From an uncultured archaeon (lineage in GTDB: Archaea; Altiarchaeota; Altiarchaeia; IMC4; SCGC-AAA252-I15): DNA of 64,000 bases. The first letter of the stretch is position 1. Every line of letters begins with the position of its first letter. The position numbers and the translations under genes were made by a program. Shown here piece by piece: positions 10,156 to 19,790 of this stretch. The notes under the pieces were generated by a model. The model was not told the origin of the DNA and did no database searches. It was given only the letters and a program-made list of their open reading frames with translations. Location: contig CABMCB010000071.1 of NCBI GenBank assembly GCA_902384455.1, positions 59,774-123,773 of the forward strand, read 5' to 3'.

Positions 10156-11265
10156 TTACCTCTTTCTTTTGTAAAACGGTATTTCGACTACTTCTGCGGA
10201 TACTTCCTTCCCGCGTATGACTACCTTAAGGGGTGTTCCAATGTTTGCGTACTCTGTCGGGACGTAGCCTAAACCGATTCCTTCGCTTAATGTGGGGCTG
10301 AAAGTTCCGCTTGTGACGTCGCCAATTTTTTCCCCGTTGCCAGTTATTTCGTAGCCGTGGCGGGGTATGCCGCGCTCGGTCATACTGAAGCCCACAAGCT
10401 TCTTCCTTACTCCTTGCTCTTTCTGCTTAAGTAGTATGTCCCTGCCGACGAAAACTGTCTTGTTGAGTTTCACAGTCCAGCCAATTGTCGCTTCAAGGGG
10501 TGTGGTCGCGTCGGTTATGTCGTTGCCGTAAAGCATTAAGGCGGCTTCAAGCCGCAGTGTGTCGCGCGCTCCAAGCCCGCAGGGAACAAGCCCGCTGGAG
10601 CTTCCGGCTTTTGTGAGCGCTTTCCACATGCTGGCAGTGTCTTTCTCTTCAACGAGCAGTTCGAATCCGTCTTCTCCCGTGTATCCAGTGCGCGAAACGG
10701 TCGTGTTTATGCCGGCGACTGTTACGTCGGGGATGAAGTGGAAGTATTTCAGCTGCGCAAGGTCTGCGGCAGTAAGCGTCGTAAGTATTTTTTCTGCGTT
10801 TGGCCCCTGCAGGGCGATTAGTCCGTACTTGTCGCTTTCGTTTGTAAGCCGAACCCCTTTAGCGGGCAGGTGCTGTTTGGCCCAAGCAAAGTCTTTCTCT
10901 ATGTTGGCGGCATTCACCACCATAAGATACTTCTCATGGTTAAACCGGTATATGACGAGGTCATCAACTATTCCGCCCGTCGGACGGCACATGGGCGTGT
11001 AAAGGCAGCGGCCGTCCGTCATAGACGTCACGTCGTTTGTGACAAGGTTGTTGAGGTATGTTTCGGCGTCCGGGCCTTCTACTAGGAATTCTCCCATGTG
11101 GGATACGTCGAATAGTCCTGCGTGTGTTCTGACTGCGGTGTGTTCGGCTATGACCCCAGAGTACTCGACTGGCATCTCCCAGCCGCCGAAGTCCACCATT
11201 TTAGCCAAAAGCGCAACGTGGGTTTCGTATAGCGGCGTCCTCTTCAAAGCACCTTCAGCCATCAT
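10156..11265 (-). CDS. gcvT: Glycine cleavage system T protein (aminomethyltransferase)
   Basis: 369 aa; the N-terminus 'LKRTPLYETHVALLAKMVDFGGWEMPVEY' is the canonical GcvT start. It is the first gene of the 8-gene operon. Confidence 0.9.
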   Translation of the reverse strand: MMAEGALKRTPLYETHVALLAKMVDFGGWEMPVEYSGVIAEHTAVRTHAGLFDVSHMGEFLVEGPDAETYLNNLVTNDVTSMTDGRCLYTPMCRPTGGIVDDLVIYRFNHEKYLMVVNAANIEKDFAWAKQHLPAKGVRLTNESDKYGLIALQGPNAEKILTTLTAADLAQLKYFHFIPDVTVAGINTTVSRTGYTGEDGFELLVEEKDTASMWKALTKAGSSSGLVPCGLGARDTLRLEAALMLYGNDITDATTPLEATIGWTVKLNKTVFVGRDILLKQKEQGVRKKLVGFSMTERGIPRHGYEITGNGEKIGDVTSGTFSPTLSEGIGLGYVPTEYANIGTPLKVVIRGKEVSAEVVEIPFYKRKR

Positions 11266-11289
11266 GCCACCCGAAACGTATTAGCCGAA

Positions 11290-11310
11290 GAACATTAAAA
11301 AGAAGCCGAG
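11290..11310 (-). promoter_or_regulatory. Candidate TATA/BRE element for the gcvT-lpdA operon, about 30 nt upstream of the gcvT ATG
   Basis: The minus-strand reading contains 'cttctttttaatgttc', an A/T box about 30 bp upstream of the ATG, consistent with a short-leader archaeal transcript. Confidence 0.25.
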
Positions 11311-11356
11311 ACCGGTTAGGCACGTTTTTTACGGGAAACCCACTAATTAATCCGCC

Positions 11357-11971
11357 ATGAGAGAAATCGTCAGCTTCGCAGTTGCGGTCGTTCTAGCATT
11401 CATATGCCTTATCTACGTTCAGGACCATAGGCCGCAGCAGCCGTTTGGCGGTTTGCCTCATTCGGCTTCGACGACCACTACTACTATTCCTCCTCGCGCA
11501 TCTAACCGTCAGCTTCTTGCGGACGGCGGGGATATGATATGCGCAGTTCAGGCGCAAGACGGAAGCCACCCCGTAATATATGTGTCTCAAGAAGACATCC
11601 GAGTGGAGTTTACGGCTCCCGACAACGAAGGGACATTAATCGAAATACTCCACAACGGCACAATGTACGTAAACAATCCCCCCTCACCGAACTGGATCTC
11701 ATGGAGCATAAAAGACAAGGAGTCCTCAGTCGGGAAGCTGACCGGGCTGTACGACATGACAATAGACCGCGAGGAAATAACCCGACAGCTTGACCTTATG
11801 TCCTGCGAACGCGCAACACTTGACAAAACACTTTTCACCCCGCCCAAAGACGCAAACATCACGCAAGTAATCAACCCCGAAGGAACCAGCGACTTATGCC
11901 AAATCTGCGATTACGCCCCAACACCCGCAGAAGCAGCCTCCTGCAAAGCCGAATGCGCAAACGGAGGCTAG
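11357..11971 (+). CDS. Hypothetical membrane-anchored extracellular protein
   Basis: N-terminal TM helix (FAVAVVLAFICLIYV), Thr-rich linker and a Cys-containing C-terminus. No recognisable family. Confidence 0.45.
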   Translation: MREIVSFAVAVVLAFICLIYVQDHRPQQPFGGLPHSASTTTTTIPPRASNRQLLADGGDMICAVQAQDGSHPVIYVSQEDIRVEFTAPDNEGTLIEILHNGTMYVNNPPSPNWISWSIKDKESSVGKLTGLYDMTIDREEITRQLDLMSCERATLDKTLFTPPKDANITQVINPEGTSDLCQICDYAPTPAEAASCKAECANGG

Positions 11972-11972
11972 A

Positions 11973-12638
11973 ATGCGCGTAGCATTCCACGTCCACACAA
12001 CAAAATCAGACGGCACAGCAACACCAAAAGAAATGGTAGATGCCGCAGCCAAACTAGGCCTAGACGGAATGGTCATAACAGACCACGACTCCGTCTTAGG
12101 CGGACTGGAAGCTCAAAAAAACTGCCCGCATGGATTCCTCATAATAACAGGCGCTGAAGTAAGCTCTTCCGACGGCCACATACTCGCAGTCGACGTCAAA
12201 GAAAACATTCCACCCGGCCTTTCAGCCAAAGAAACAGTCGAAAAAATTCACGCGCTTGGAGGATTGGCCGTAGCACCTCACCCATACGACCTATACCGCG
12301 GAGGAGTAGGCGACTTAATCAAAACGGTCCCCTTCGACGCGGTAGAAACAATAAACGGCCACACGACGCTAAACCGGAAAAACCCGGCGAAAGCAGCGAA
12401 AGAAACAGGGCTGCCGACGATAGGCGGCCAAGACTCCCATACGACATACGAGTTAGACAACATTTTGATTGAGTACGAAGGAGACCTACGGCAGGCAATC
12501 AAGGAAAACCGCGTCCGAACAATCAAGCAGCCGCCATCCGTCATAATACCCCGCCACATACGCTACCTGATTATGCGCTGGAGGCACCCCAAAGAACGGC
12601 TGAAAACATTCATAAAACGACTAAGAAAGAAGGCGTGA
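11973..12638 (+). CDS. PHP-domain metal-dependent phosphoesterase
   Basis: 'MRVAFHVHTTKSDGTATP...GMVITDHDS' PHP signature. Start is 2 nt after the upstream stop. Confidence 0.75.
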   Translation: MRVAFHVHTTKSDGTATPKEMVDAAAKLGLDGMVITDHDSVLGGLEAQKNCPHGFLIITGAEVSSSDGHILAVDVKENIPPGLSAKETVEKIHALGGLAVAPHPYDLYRGGVGDLIKTVPFDAVETINGHTTLNRKNPAKAAKETGLPTIGGQDSHTTYELDNILIEYEGDLRQAIKENRVRTIKQPPSVIIPRHIRYLIMRWRHPKERLKTFIKRLRKKA

Positions 12639-12695
12639 CGCCGTTACGCTTATATTTCCATAAGGCGATATTTCTTGGACACTGGTACATCTCAC

Positions 12696-13781
12696 ATGGA
12701 CAAATTGCGAGTTGGAGTATTGGGGGCCACCGGAATGGTAGGTCAGAATTACTTGCGGCTTCTTGAGAATCACCCCTGGTTCGAGGTGGCGTACGTAGCC
12801 GCCTCTCCAAAAAGCGCAGGCAAACCCTACGCTGAGGCGGTAGCCGGCAGATGGAACCTCGACAAGCCCATTCCAGAAAAAGTCAAAGGCCTTATGGTTG
12901 AGGACGCCTCCAACATTGCGGCTGCTAAAGGCAAGGCGGACTTCGTTTTTTCCGCGCTTGATTTGCCCACAAAAGACGAGACTAAGGCATTGGAATTGGC
13001 GTACGCCAAAGAAGGATTCCCCGTGTTTTCCAACAGCAGCGCCAACCGGTGGACAGAAGACGTCCCAATGCTGATTCCAGAAATCAACCACGGCCACCTG
13101 AGTCTCATAGAGTCCCAGAAGAAGAACCGCGGGTTCAGCAAGGGCTTTGTGGTAGTGAAACCCAACTGCTCGCTTCAGTCATACATTACGCCAATCCACG
13201 CTCTTGAGCAGAAGGGGCACAAAGTCGAACTGCTAGTCATAACGACCCTTCAGGCAGTTTCCGGCGCAGGATACCCCGGAGTGCCGTCGCTTGACATGGT
13301 AGACAACATCGTCCCCTACATCGGAGGCGAAGAAATAAAGACCGAAAAAGAGCCAAGCAAAATATTCGGTAAAATAGCCGCCGGAAAATGCGTCCCAGAC
13401 GAATCAATCAAAATCACGTCCACATGCACAAGAGTACCCGTCGTAGACGGCCACACAGCGTGCGTCACAATGAAGTTTAAGGGCGCAAAACCCTCCAAAG
13501 AGGAAATAATAAAAATATGGCGCGACTTCAAGTCCGCGCCTAAGGAGCTAAAGCTCACCTTCGCGCCCGAAAGACCCATAATCTACATTGAAGAAGAAAA
13601 CCGGCCTCAACCGCGCAAAGACCGCGACTCAGAGAAGGCAATGGCCGTCACATGCGGCCGCTTGAGGGATTGTCCGGTTTTCGACTACCGGTTCGTGGGG
13701 TTGTCTCACAATACTGTGCGCGGAGCTGCTGGAGGCGGAATACTCAACGCTGAGCTCGCCTATAAAAAGAATCTGCTTTAG
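12696..13781 (+). CDS. asd: Aspartate-semialdehyde dehydrogenase
   Basis: 'LRVGVLGATGMVGQ' NAD(P)-binding motif and active-site Cys in 'VKPNCSLQ'. The archaeal-type short Asd start is M8 of the track ORF. Confidence 0.88.
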   Translation: MDKLRVGVLGATGMVGQNYLRLLENHPWFEVAYVAASPKSAGKPYAEAVAGRWNLDKPIPEKVKGLMVEDASNIAAAKGKADFVFSALDLPTKDETKALELAYAKEGFPVFSNSSANRWTEDVPMLIPEINHGHLSLIESQKKNRGFSKGFVVVKPNCSLQSYITPIHALEQKGHKVELLVITTLQAVSGAGYPGVPSLDMVDNIVPYIGGEEIKTEKEPSKIFGKIAAGKCVPDESIKITSTCTRVPVVDGHTACVTMKFKGAKPSKEEIIKIWRDFKSAPKELKLTFAPERPIIYIEEENRPQPRKDRDSEKAMAVTCGRLRDCPVFDYRFVGLSHNTVRGAAGGGILNAELAYKKNLL

Positions 13782-14278
13782 GCGTTGGCAAGTTCGCGGA
13801 GGGTTTTGGGCCAAGCGTCCCCAAACTTATCTTTGAATTGCCGAGGGGCATTCGCGTATTCGTCTACTACCTGCGGCGGATTGCTGCCGGTGTAAGGCGC
13901 TGACCTGAATATGAATGCGACGTGAGTGCCTTCTGCAACATTCATTCCATTAATGAGGCATTTGGCAGCTTTCACGTAATCCCCCGGGTTGGGGTTGCTT
14001 TCATGAGATCCGGCTTCAAACGCTAAGACGCCTGAACTCAGGAGTCCTACGACAAGTTGATTCACACGTCTTGAACTTACGCCATCTAGGAACCCGTGAT
14101 GGGGTCCGGCGTGAACGATAGTGCCGTCTTCTCCGCTGGCGGGGTCAAAAGCGAAAACAAGAGGGTCCCTTAAGCCCTGACTGAATTCCGTGAACATCCT
14201 GCCGACTTCGGCAGAATCCATGACGTCGTTCCCCTCTAGGTACGTGCGGTCCCGCTGGGCTCTTGTCACTTCCGGCAT
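13778..14278 (-). CDS. Hypothetical protein, weak creatininase-family-like N-terminus; possibly truncated
   Basis: 'VFAFDPASGEDGTIVHAGPHHGFLDG' loosely resembles the creatininase/ArfB 'PvGSxEQHGPHLP' region. At 166 aa it is short for that family, and a second same-strand ORF (14296..14556) lies just upstream. Confidence 0.3.
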   Translation of the reverse strand: MPEVTRAQRDRTYLEGNDVMDSAEVGRMFTEFSQGLRDPLVFAFDPASGEDGTIVHAGPHHGFLDGVSSRRVNQLVVGLLSSGVLAFEAGSHESNPNPGDYVKAAKCLINGMNVAEGTHVAFIFRSAPYTGSNPPQVVDEYANAPRQFKDKFGDAWPKTLRELANA

Positions 14279-14600
14279 TTCATTAAAACACGCAGTTAAA
14301 CCAGTCTCCGGGGACTGCCGTGAGGATGCTCCTTTATGCCTACCGCATGAAGTCTATCCAGGGGGGAACGATGGACGGGACCGAAAGGCATCTCCTCCTG
14401 AAACAAGGGGTCCCCTCCGCCCGGAGGCTCATCTAGTTCACGCAGCATTTGACGGAACTGCCTTCCGGTATAATCCGGTGGATGCTGTTCCTTAATCGCA
14501 TCCCCCTTTCCTGGAGCCATCAATAAAAACCCGTATCGCAAGCTTAAAACCGCCAAAAACGGTTAATAAGGAGGTATAACGCAAAAAATTAGACTACACG

Positions 14601-15095
14601 GTGGTACAAATGGACATAGAAATCCGCCTACTGAAACTACTGGAAGAAGACGCGACGACGCCCACAAAAGACCTAGCCTCAATGCTGGGGGCAAAAGAGG
14701 CGGCCGTCGCAGCCGCAGTCAAAAAGCTAAGAGACAGCGGCGTAGTCACAGGCCAGAAGGCGGTCATAAATTGGAAGAAAGCCGGAGCGCCATACGCGTC
14801 GGCGGTCATCCAAGTCAAGGTGGTGCCTCAAGCAAAAGACGGCTTCGCCAAAATATGCAAAGACATAGCCAAAAACCGCATAGTAGAAGACGTTTTGGTC
14901 GTCAGCGGAGAATACGACCTCATGCTTACCGTCAGGGCCGAGTCCATTCAGGACATAAGTGATTTTGTGACTGAGGTTTTGGCGCCTAAGAAGGAGGTTG
15001 TGGGGACTAACACTCACATAGTTTTGTCTGAGTTTAAGCGGCGTGGAGTCTCGTTTACCGACGAGACGGGCAAAAGGCTTCCCGTCTCAATCTGA
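14601..15095 (+). CDS. Lrp/AsnC-family transcriptional regulator
   Basis: HTH 'LLKLLEEDATTPTKDLASMLGAKEAAVAAAVKKLRDSGVV' plus a C-terminal RAM domain. It sits 2 nt upstream of the aminotransferase gene. Confidence 0.8.
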   Translation: MVQMDIEIRLLKLLEEDATTPTKDLASMLGAKEAAVAAAVKKLRDSGVVTGQKAVINWKKAGAPYASAVIQVKVVPQAKDGFAKICKDIAKNRIVEDVLVVSGEYDLMLTVRAESIQDISDFVTEVLAPKKEVVGTNTHIVLSEFKRRGVSFTDETGKRLPVSI

Positions 15096-15097
15096 AA

Positions 15098-16252
15098 ATG
15101 GTCGCTAAACGAGTCAGTGAGATACCTTTTTCGGGTATCCGGAAGTTCTTCGAGCTTGTGGAGCAAAGCAAAGGCATAGTCAGCCTGGGTGTTGGCGAGC
15201 CCGACTTCAATACTCCCCGGCCGATTTCAGACGCGGGAATACGCGCTATTGAAGCCGGTTACACAAGCTACACCAGCAACTGGGGGCTTTTGGATTTGAG
15301 GGCGAAGATAGCCGAGAAACTTAAGGTAGAGAACGGCTTACATTATTCGCCTGAAAATGAGGTCTTAATTACTGCTGGAACCAGCGAGGCGCTTGACCTT
15401 GCGTTTAGGGCGCTGATTAATCCCGGCGACGAAGTGCTTGTTCCTGAGCCAAGTTACGTCAGCTACAAGCCGTGCGTGTGGTTCGCTTATGGAACTCCGG
15501 TTGCAGTGCCAATGAGGGAGGAAAACGATTTCCGCGTTCAGGAAGACGACTTGCGCAAGAAAATCACAAAGAAGACCAAGGCGATAATAGTCGCCTCCCC
15601 AAACAATCCGACTGGAAGCGTACTCACCAAGAAAGACCTGAAGGCGATTGCTGCAGTAGCCCAGGAACACGACCTGTGGGTGATAAGCGACGAACTATAC
15701 GAATACCTAATATACGACGGGGAAAAACACGTCTCCATAGGAAGCTTCCCCGGAATGCGAGAACGCACAATAACAATAAACGGATTTTCCAAAGGACACG
15801 CATTCACCGGATGGAGAATAGGATACGCCGCAGGCCCGGCAGAAGTAACTGAGCTTATGATGAAAATCCACCAGTACACGATGCTTTGCGCGCCAACAAT
15901 AGCCCAACACGCCGCGCTTGCCGCATTCAACTGCAAAAAAGAAGTCAAAGCGATGCAGGAGGAATACGACCGAAGACGCAGACTGCTGGTAGCCGGATTA
16001 AACGAGCTTCCAGGCGTAACCTGCCGCATGCCCAAAGGAGCATTCTACACCTTCCCAAACATAACCGGAACAGGAATGGACAGCGAAACATTCGCCCAAC
16101 GGCTCGTAAAAGAAGCGCAAGTAGCGGTAGTCCCAGGCCACACCTTCGGCCAGACCGGAGAAGGACACGTCCGATGCAGCTACAGCGTAAGCCGCGACAT
16201 AATCACGGAAGCGCTCTCCCGAATGCAAAAATTCCTGGCGAAAAAAGTGTAA
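15098..16252 (+). CDS. Class I/II PLP-dependent aminotransferase (aspartate/aromatic aminotransferase-like)
   Basis: PLP-lysine motif 'NGFSKGHAFTGWRIGYAAG'. 384 aa. Confidence 0.85.
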   Translation: MVAKRVSEIPFSGIRKFFELVEQSKGIVSLGVGEPDFNTPRPISDAGIRAIEAGYTSYTSNWGLLDLRAKIAEKLKVENGLHYSPENEVLITAGTSEALDLAFRALINPGDEVLVPEPSYVSYKPCVWFAYGTPVAVPMREENDFRVQEDDLRKKITKKTKAIIVASPNNPTGSVLTKKDLKAIAAVAQEHDLWVISDELYEYLIYDGEKHVSIGSFPGMRERTITINGFSKGHAFTGWRIGYAAGPAEVTELMMKIHQYTMLCAPTIAQHAALAAFNCKKEVKAMQEEYDRRRRLLVAGLNELPGVTCRMPKGAFYTFPNITGTGMDSETFAQRLVKEAQVAVVPGHTFGQTGEGHVRCSYSVSRDIITEALSRMQKFLAKKV

Positions 16253-16362
16253 CAGAAACCTCCAGACTAGAAAAACCGCAGTTTTCGGCCGTTTCCGGCG
16301 GAAAAGAATAAATAATAGGCAGTCTGCCTCTTATCACTATTTAGCAGGGAGTATTAAGTGTC

Positions 16363-18369
16363 ATGGGCAGCAGCAGGGGCGAATCCCCCTTAGGGAAATT
16401 AAAGCGGATGGTACTTGGGGGAGCCCGCAATCCCCACGACCCGCAGCTGTTCCATAAGCTCTCTCTCATAGCGTTCTTCGCTTGGGTTGGCCTTGGGGCC
16501 GACGGACTGTCTTCTTCATGTTATGGTCCTGAGGAAGCGTTTCTTTCTCTTCAGGGGCACGTCTACTTGAGCATTTTCGTTGCGTTGGCTTCGGCGGTAA
16601 CCATATTCATCATCAGCTCAAGCTACTCTCAAATAGTCGAGTTGTTCCCCACCGGCGGAGGAGGGTACCTTGTGGCCAGCAAGCTCCTTTCGCCTTCGTT
16701 GGGAATGATTTCCGGATGCGCCCTTATGATAGACTACGTACTCACCATATCCTTATCTATAGCAAGCGGCTCCGATGCGTTGTTCAGCTTCCTGCCGCCC
16801 CATCTGTATTCATTCAAACTCGTTTTCGCTATCTCAGGAGTGTTGGTTCTCACCCTACTCAACCTGCGGGGCATCAAGGAATCCGTAATCCCCCTCGTGC
16901 CCATATTCATCCTGTTCCTGTTAACCCACGCATTCGCAATCGTCTACGCAATAGCAACCCACGTGCCAGAAGTCGGGACAGTAATCGATGCGACTGCCGC
17001 AGACGTCCAAACAACAAGCGCAGAAATAGGGATAATCGGGATGCTGCTGCTAATACTGCGCGCATACAGCATGGGAGCCGGAACATTCACAGGAATAGAA
17101 GCAGTAAGCAACGGCATACCCATACTGCGGGAACCCAAAGTCCAGACGGCCAAAAAGACGATGCGCCTAATGGCAGTCTCACTCGCATTCATGGTAATAG
17201 GTCTTATGATAGGATACCTGCTCTACAACGTAGGCCATCAGCAGGGGAAGACGCTGAACGCAATATTCCTGGAAAAAATGACATACAACTGGGGGACAGT
17301 CGGCTACGCGTTTGTACTAATCACCCTGCTGTCCGAAGCCATACTACTATTCGTTGCCGCCCAGACCGGATTCTTGGACGGACCCAGGGTACTATCCAAC
17401 ATGGCGTTAGACCGATGGTTCCCATCCAGATTCGCCATACTATCCGACCGCTTCGTCACCCAAAACGGCATAATGCTCATGGGCGCGGCAGCATTCGTTC
17501 TGATGATAGCCAGCCAAGGCTCAGTGAAACTCATGGTCGTCCTATACAGCATAAACGTATTCATCACATTCCTACTCTCACAACTGGGGATGGTACGCCA
17601 CTGGTGGGCCGAAAAAGCGACATCCCCCGGATGGGAAAAGAAAATAATAATAAACGGGATAGGACTCATACTCACGGCATTCATACTTGTGACTGTGGCA
17701 TACCTAAAGTTCGAAGAAGGCGGCTGGATAACAATATTCATAACAGGCTCCCTAGTATGCTTCGCCCTAATAATACGCCGCCACTACGACCACGCGCAAC
17801 TGCGCCTCGAACGCCTAGACGGCCTAATCCGCGACAACCTGCTTAAAGACGCAGACTTCTCAAACCCCAAATGCCTGCCCCAACAAAAAGAAGAATGCAC
17901 GCCAGAATTCGACCCCAAAGCAAAAACCGCAGTCATACTCGTCAACGGATTCAACGGACTGGGCCTGCACACAATACTTAACGTACTGAAACTAGGCGAC
18001 ATAAGAAACTTCTTCTTCGTCGAAGTAGGCCTTATCGACGCAGGAAACTTCAAGGGTCTGGAGGAGTTCGAGAAGCTGAAGAGCCACATAAACGACGAAT
18101 TAGGCCACTACGTGACGTTCATGCAGAAGCAGGGCTTCTACGCTGAAGGACGCTCGGACATAGGAATAGACGGCGTAGACGAAACGTGCGCATTAGTCAA
18201 CAAAATCATCGAAGCCCACCCCGACGCTGAAGTATACGGCGGACAGTTGGTTCTGCCTAAAGAGACTTTCTTCTCCAAGTTGCCTTACAACCAGACGACT
18301 TTTGCGGTGCAAAGGCGGCTTGAAGAGCAGCAGGTGCCATTCAGGATACTGCCCATACAGTTGGGTTAA
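16363..18369 (+). CDS. KUP/APC-superfamily membrane transporter with a ~200-aa C-terminal cytoplasmic domain
   Basis: About 12 predicted TM helices in residues 30-460, followed by a soluble domain (…VILVNGFNGLGLHTILNVLKLGD…). The overlapping 376-aa ORF in another frame is an artefact. Confidence 0.7.
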   Translation: MGSSRGESPLGKLKRMVLGGARNPHDPQLFHKLSLIAFFAWVGLGADGLSSSCYGPEEAFLSLQGHVYLSIFVALASAVTIFIISSSYSQIVELFPTGGGGYLVASKLLSPSLGMISGCALMIDYVLTISLSIASGSDALFSFLPPHLYSFKLVFAISGVLVLTLLNLRGIKESVIPLVPIFILFLLTHAFAIVYAIATHVPEVGTVIDATAADVQTTSAEIGIIGMLLLILRAYSMGAGTFTGIEAVSNGIPILREPKVQTAKKTMRLMAVSLAFMVIGLMIGYLLYNVGHQQGKTLNAIFLEKMTYNWGTVGYAFVLITLLSEAILLFVAAQTGFLDGPRVLSNMALDRWFPSRFAILSDRFVTQNGIMLMGAAAFVLMIASQGSVKLMVVLYSINVFITFLLSQLGMVRHWWAEKATSPGWEKKIIINGIGLILTAFILVTVAYLKFEEGGWITIFITGSLVCFALIIRRHYDHAQLRLERLDGLIRDNLLKDADFSNPKCLPQQKEECTPEFDPKAKTAVILVNGFNGLGLHTILNVLKLGDIRNFFFVEVGLIDAGNFKGLEEFEKLKSHINDELGHYVTFMQKQGFYAEGRSDIGIDGVDETCALVNKIIEAHPDAEVYGGQLVLPKETFFSKLPYNQTTFAVQRRLEEQQVPFRILPIQLG

Positions 18370-18420
18370 TCGGCCCAGGTTATTTGGGATTTAAAGTTCT
18401 GGTTTCCAGAAATTAACGTC

Positions 18421-19737
18421 ATGGTCATCCGTGAGGCATCCGCTGGCGGTAATATGGGCGATGTTGACGCCAGAATACTTTCGGCTTTGGGCGGGGGAAG
18501 CTCGCTTGAACTGGGAAACGCGATTTTCGCCAGCCGCCAGCCCCGCTCAGTAAGCGAACAACGCGGATTAGAGGCCAGCGAAGCCGCACAGCAGCCCCGT
18601 CCAATAGACGCGTCAAACACTGACACGTCATCGGTTGGCGCGGCAGCCAGAGGATTCTACCGCATCCTAATCAACGAACCGCCCCAAACCGGAAACTTCC
18701 TTAAGGCGCGGCTTCTGGCCGACCCCACGGAACTATTCGCGTCTGTCGCAGAATTCCAAAAAAGAAGGACTGGGGCACTGCCATTAGCCGATGACCCGCC
18801 AGTGGCCGTAGAAGGCTTTCCGTCCCCCGCAGGTATGGCAAACATCAACGCGGCAATACTCCTCTACAGGCGGCTCCGCAATTATGCCGACGAACACCCG
18901 GACGACCAGCCTTTCGTCGCCGCGGCCTTCCTAAACAATCCCGGCGAAACAGTCAGTTTCCTGTCTGGTCACGTAAGCGAACGCTTCAGGCAGCTTGCCG
19001 GCACCACACTAAATTATTATCAGACCACACCAGACGTCCTAGGGTACCCGTCCGACGTTAACGTGGCGGTAAACGGCGCGGCAAGACTTCTTCAGGCGGT
19101 GAACCTTTATGTTCCGCCCGACCATCAGGTTGCGGTTCTGCATAGGGTGGCGGATGCTGTAAGAGTCGCCGACCCGTCAAGACGAGCGGCGGTTGCAGAA
19201 GCCATCGGAGTGGCGATAGAAGAGGCGGTGAACAAGGACTTTCCAGGTTCTATGATACGCTTTGAAGTCGATGACGCCCTAAGAGACGTGACAGTGCAGG
19301 AAAAACAAACCCTACACGATTTAAGCGGCCTGAAGCGAAGGCGTCTTGCGGGCCGCAACTCATTGACTGGGCAAAGCGTTTCCAGCAAGGAATTATATGG
19401 TGTCCCGGTTTTGGGTGCGTTTGTTCCTGCGTGGGGTGGAATAGGTCGGCACATTGACGGTTTGGAGGGGGATGCCCGCAAAAGAGAAACCCTTCATGGT
19501 GTCCTGTGGTCTGTAGCGGTGGACGACGTGAAAGAGGCTTTAAGCGCGGCTTTTTCGGGTGCTTCTCAGACTTTTGAGCGGGATTGGACGGGTGTTGTCA
19601 GAAGTTGGCTTAAGGATTCAATGCAGCATCCTGCGCGAGGAGGATTTAGCGCAAACTCTCCGGAATACCAGGCGACACTTACCGCAACAAAAGTAGTGAA
19701 AGAAGGAAACCTCCCCGAACTGCACGAAACGCAATAG
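18421..19737 (+). CDS. Hypothetical protein (Ala/Arg-rich, no recognisable domain)
   Basis: 438-aa ORF with strongly biased composition and coding periodicity. No known motifs. Confidence 0.45.
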   Translation: MVIREASAGGNMGDVDARILSALGGGSSLELGNAIFASRQPRSVSEQRGLEASEAAQQPRPIDASNTDTSSVGAAARGFYRILINEPPQTGNFLKARLLADPTELFASVAEFQKRRTGALPLADDPPVAVEGFPSPAGMANINAAILLYRRLRNYADEHPDDQPFVAAAFLNNPGETVSFLSGHVSERFRQLAGTTLNYYQTTPDVLGYPSDVNVAVNGAARLLQAVNLYVPPDHQVAVLHRVADAVRVADPSRRAAVAEAIGVAIEEAVNKDFPGSMIRFEVDDALRDVTVQEKQTLHDLSGLKRRRLAGRNSLTGQSVSSKELYGVPVLGAFVPAWGGIGRHIDGLEGDARKRETLHGVLWSVAVDDVKEALSAAFSGASQTFERDWTGVVRSWLKDSMQHPARGGFSANSPEYQATLTATKVVKEGNLPELHETQ

Positions 19738-19790
19738 AATGGGCGGTCGCCCCTCTTTTTTATCCGCTTCTTCCAAAGGTTTTTTCTACG

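Noticed and set aside
13778-14278. Confident assignment as creatininase / ArfB formamide hydrolase
   Set aside because: Only one short motif resembles the family. The characteristic length and metal-ligand pattern are not clearly present, so I downgraded it to hypothetical with a weak note.
16716-17846. 376-aa Arg-rich ORF in an alternative frame of the transporter gene
   Set aside because: Extreme Arg/Pro/His bias with no hydrophobic core. It is entirely nested inside a well-behaved 12-TM transporter ORF.
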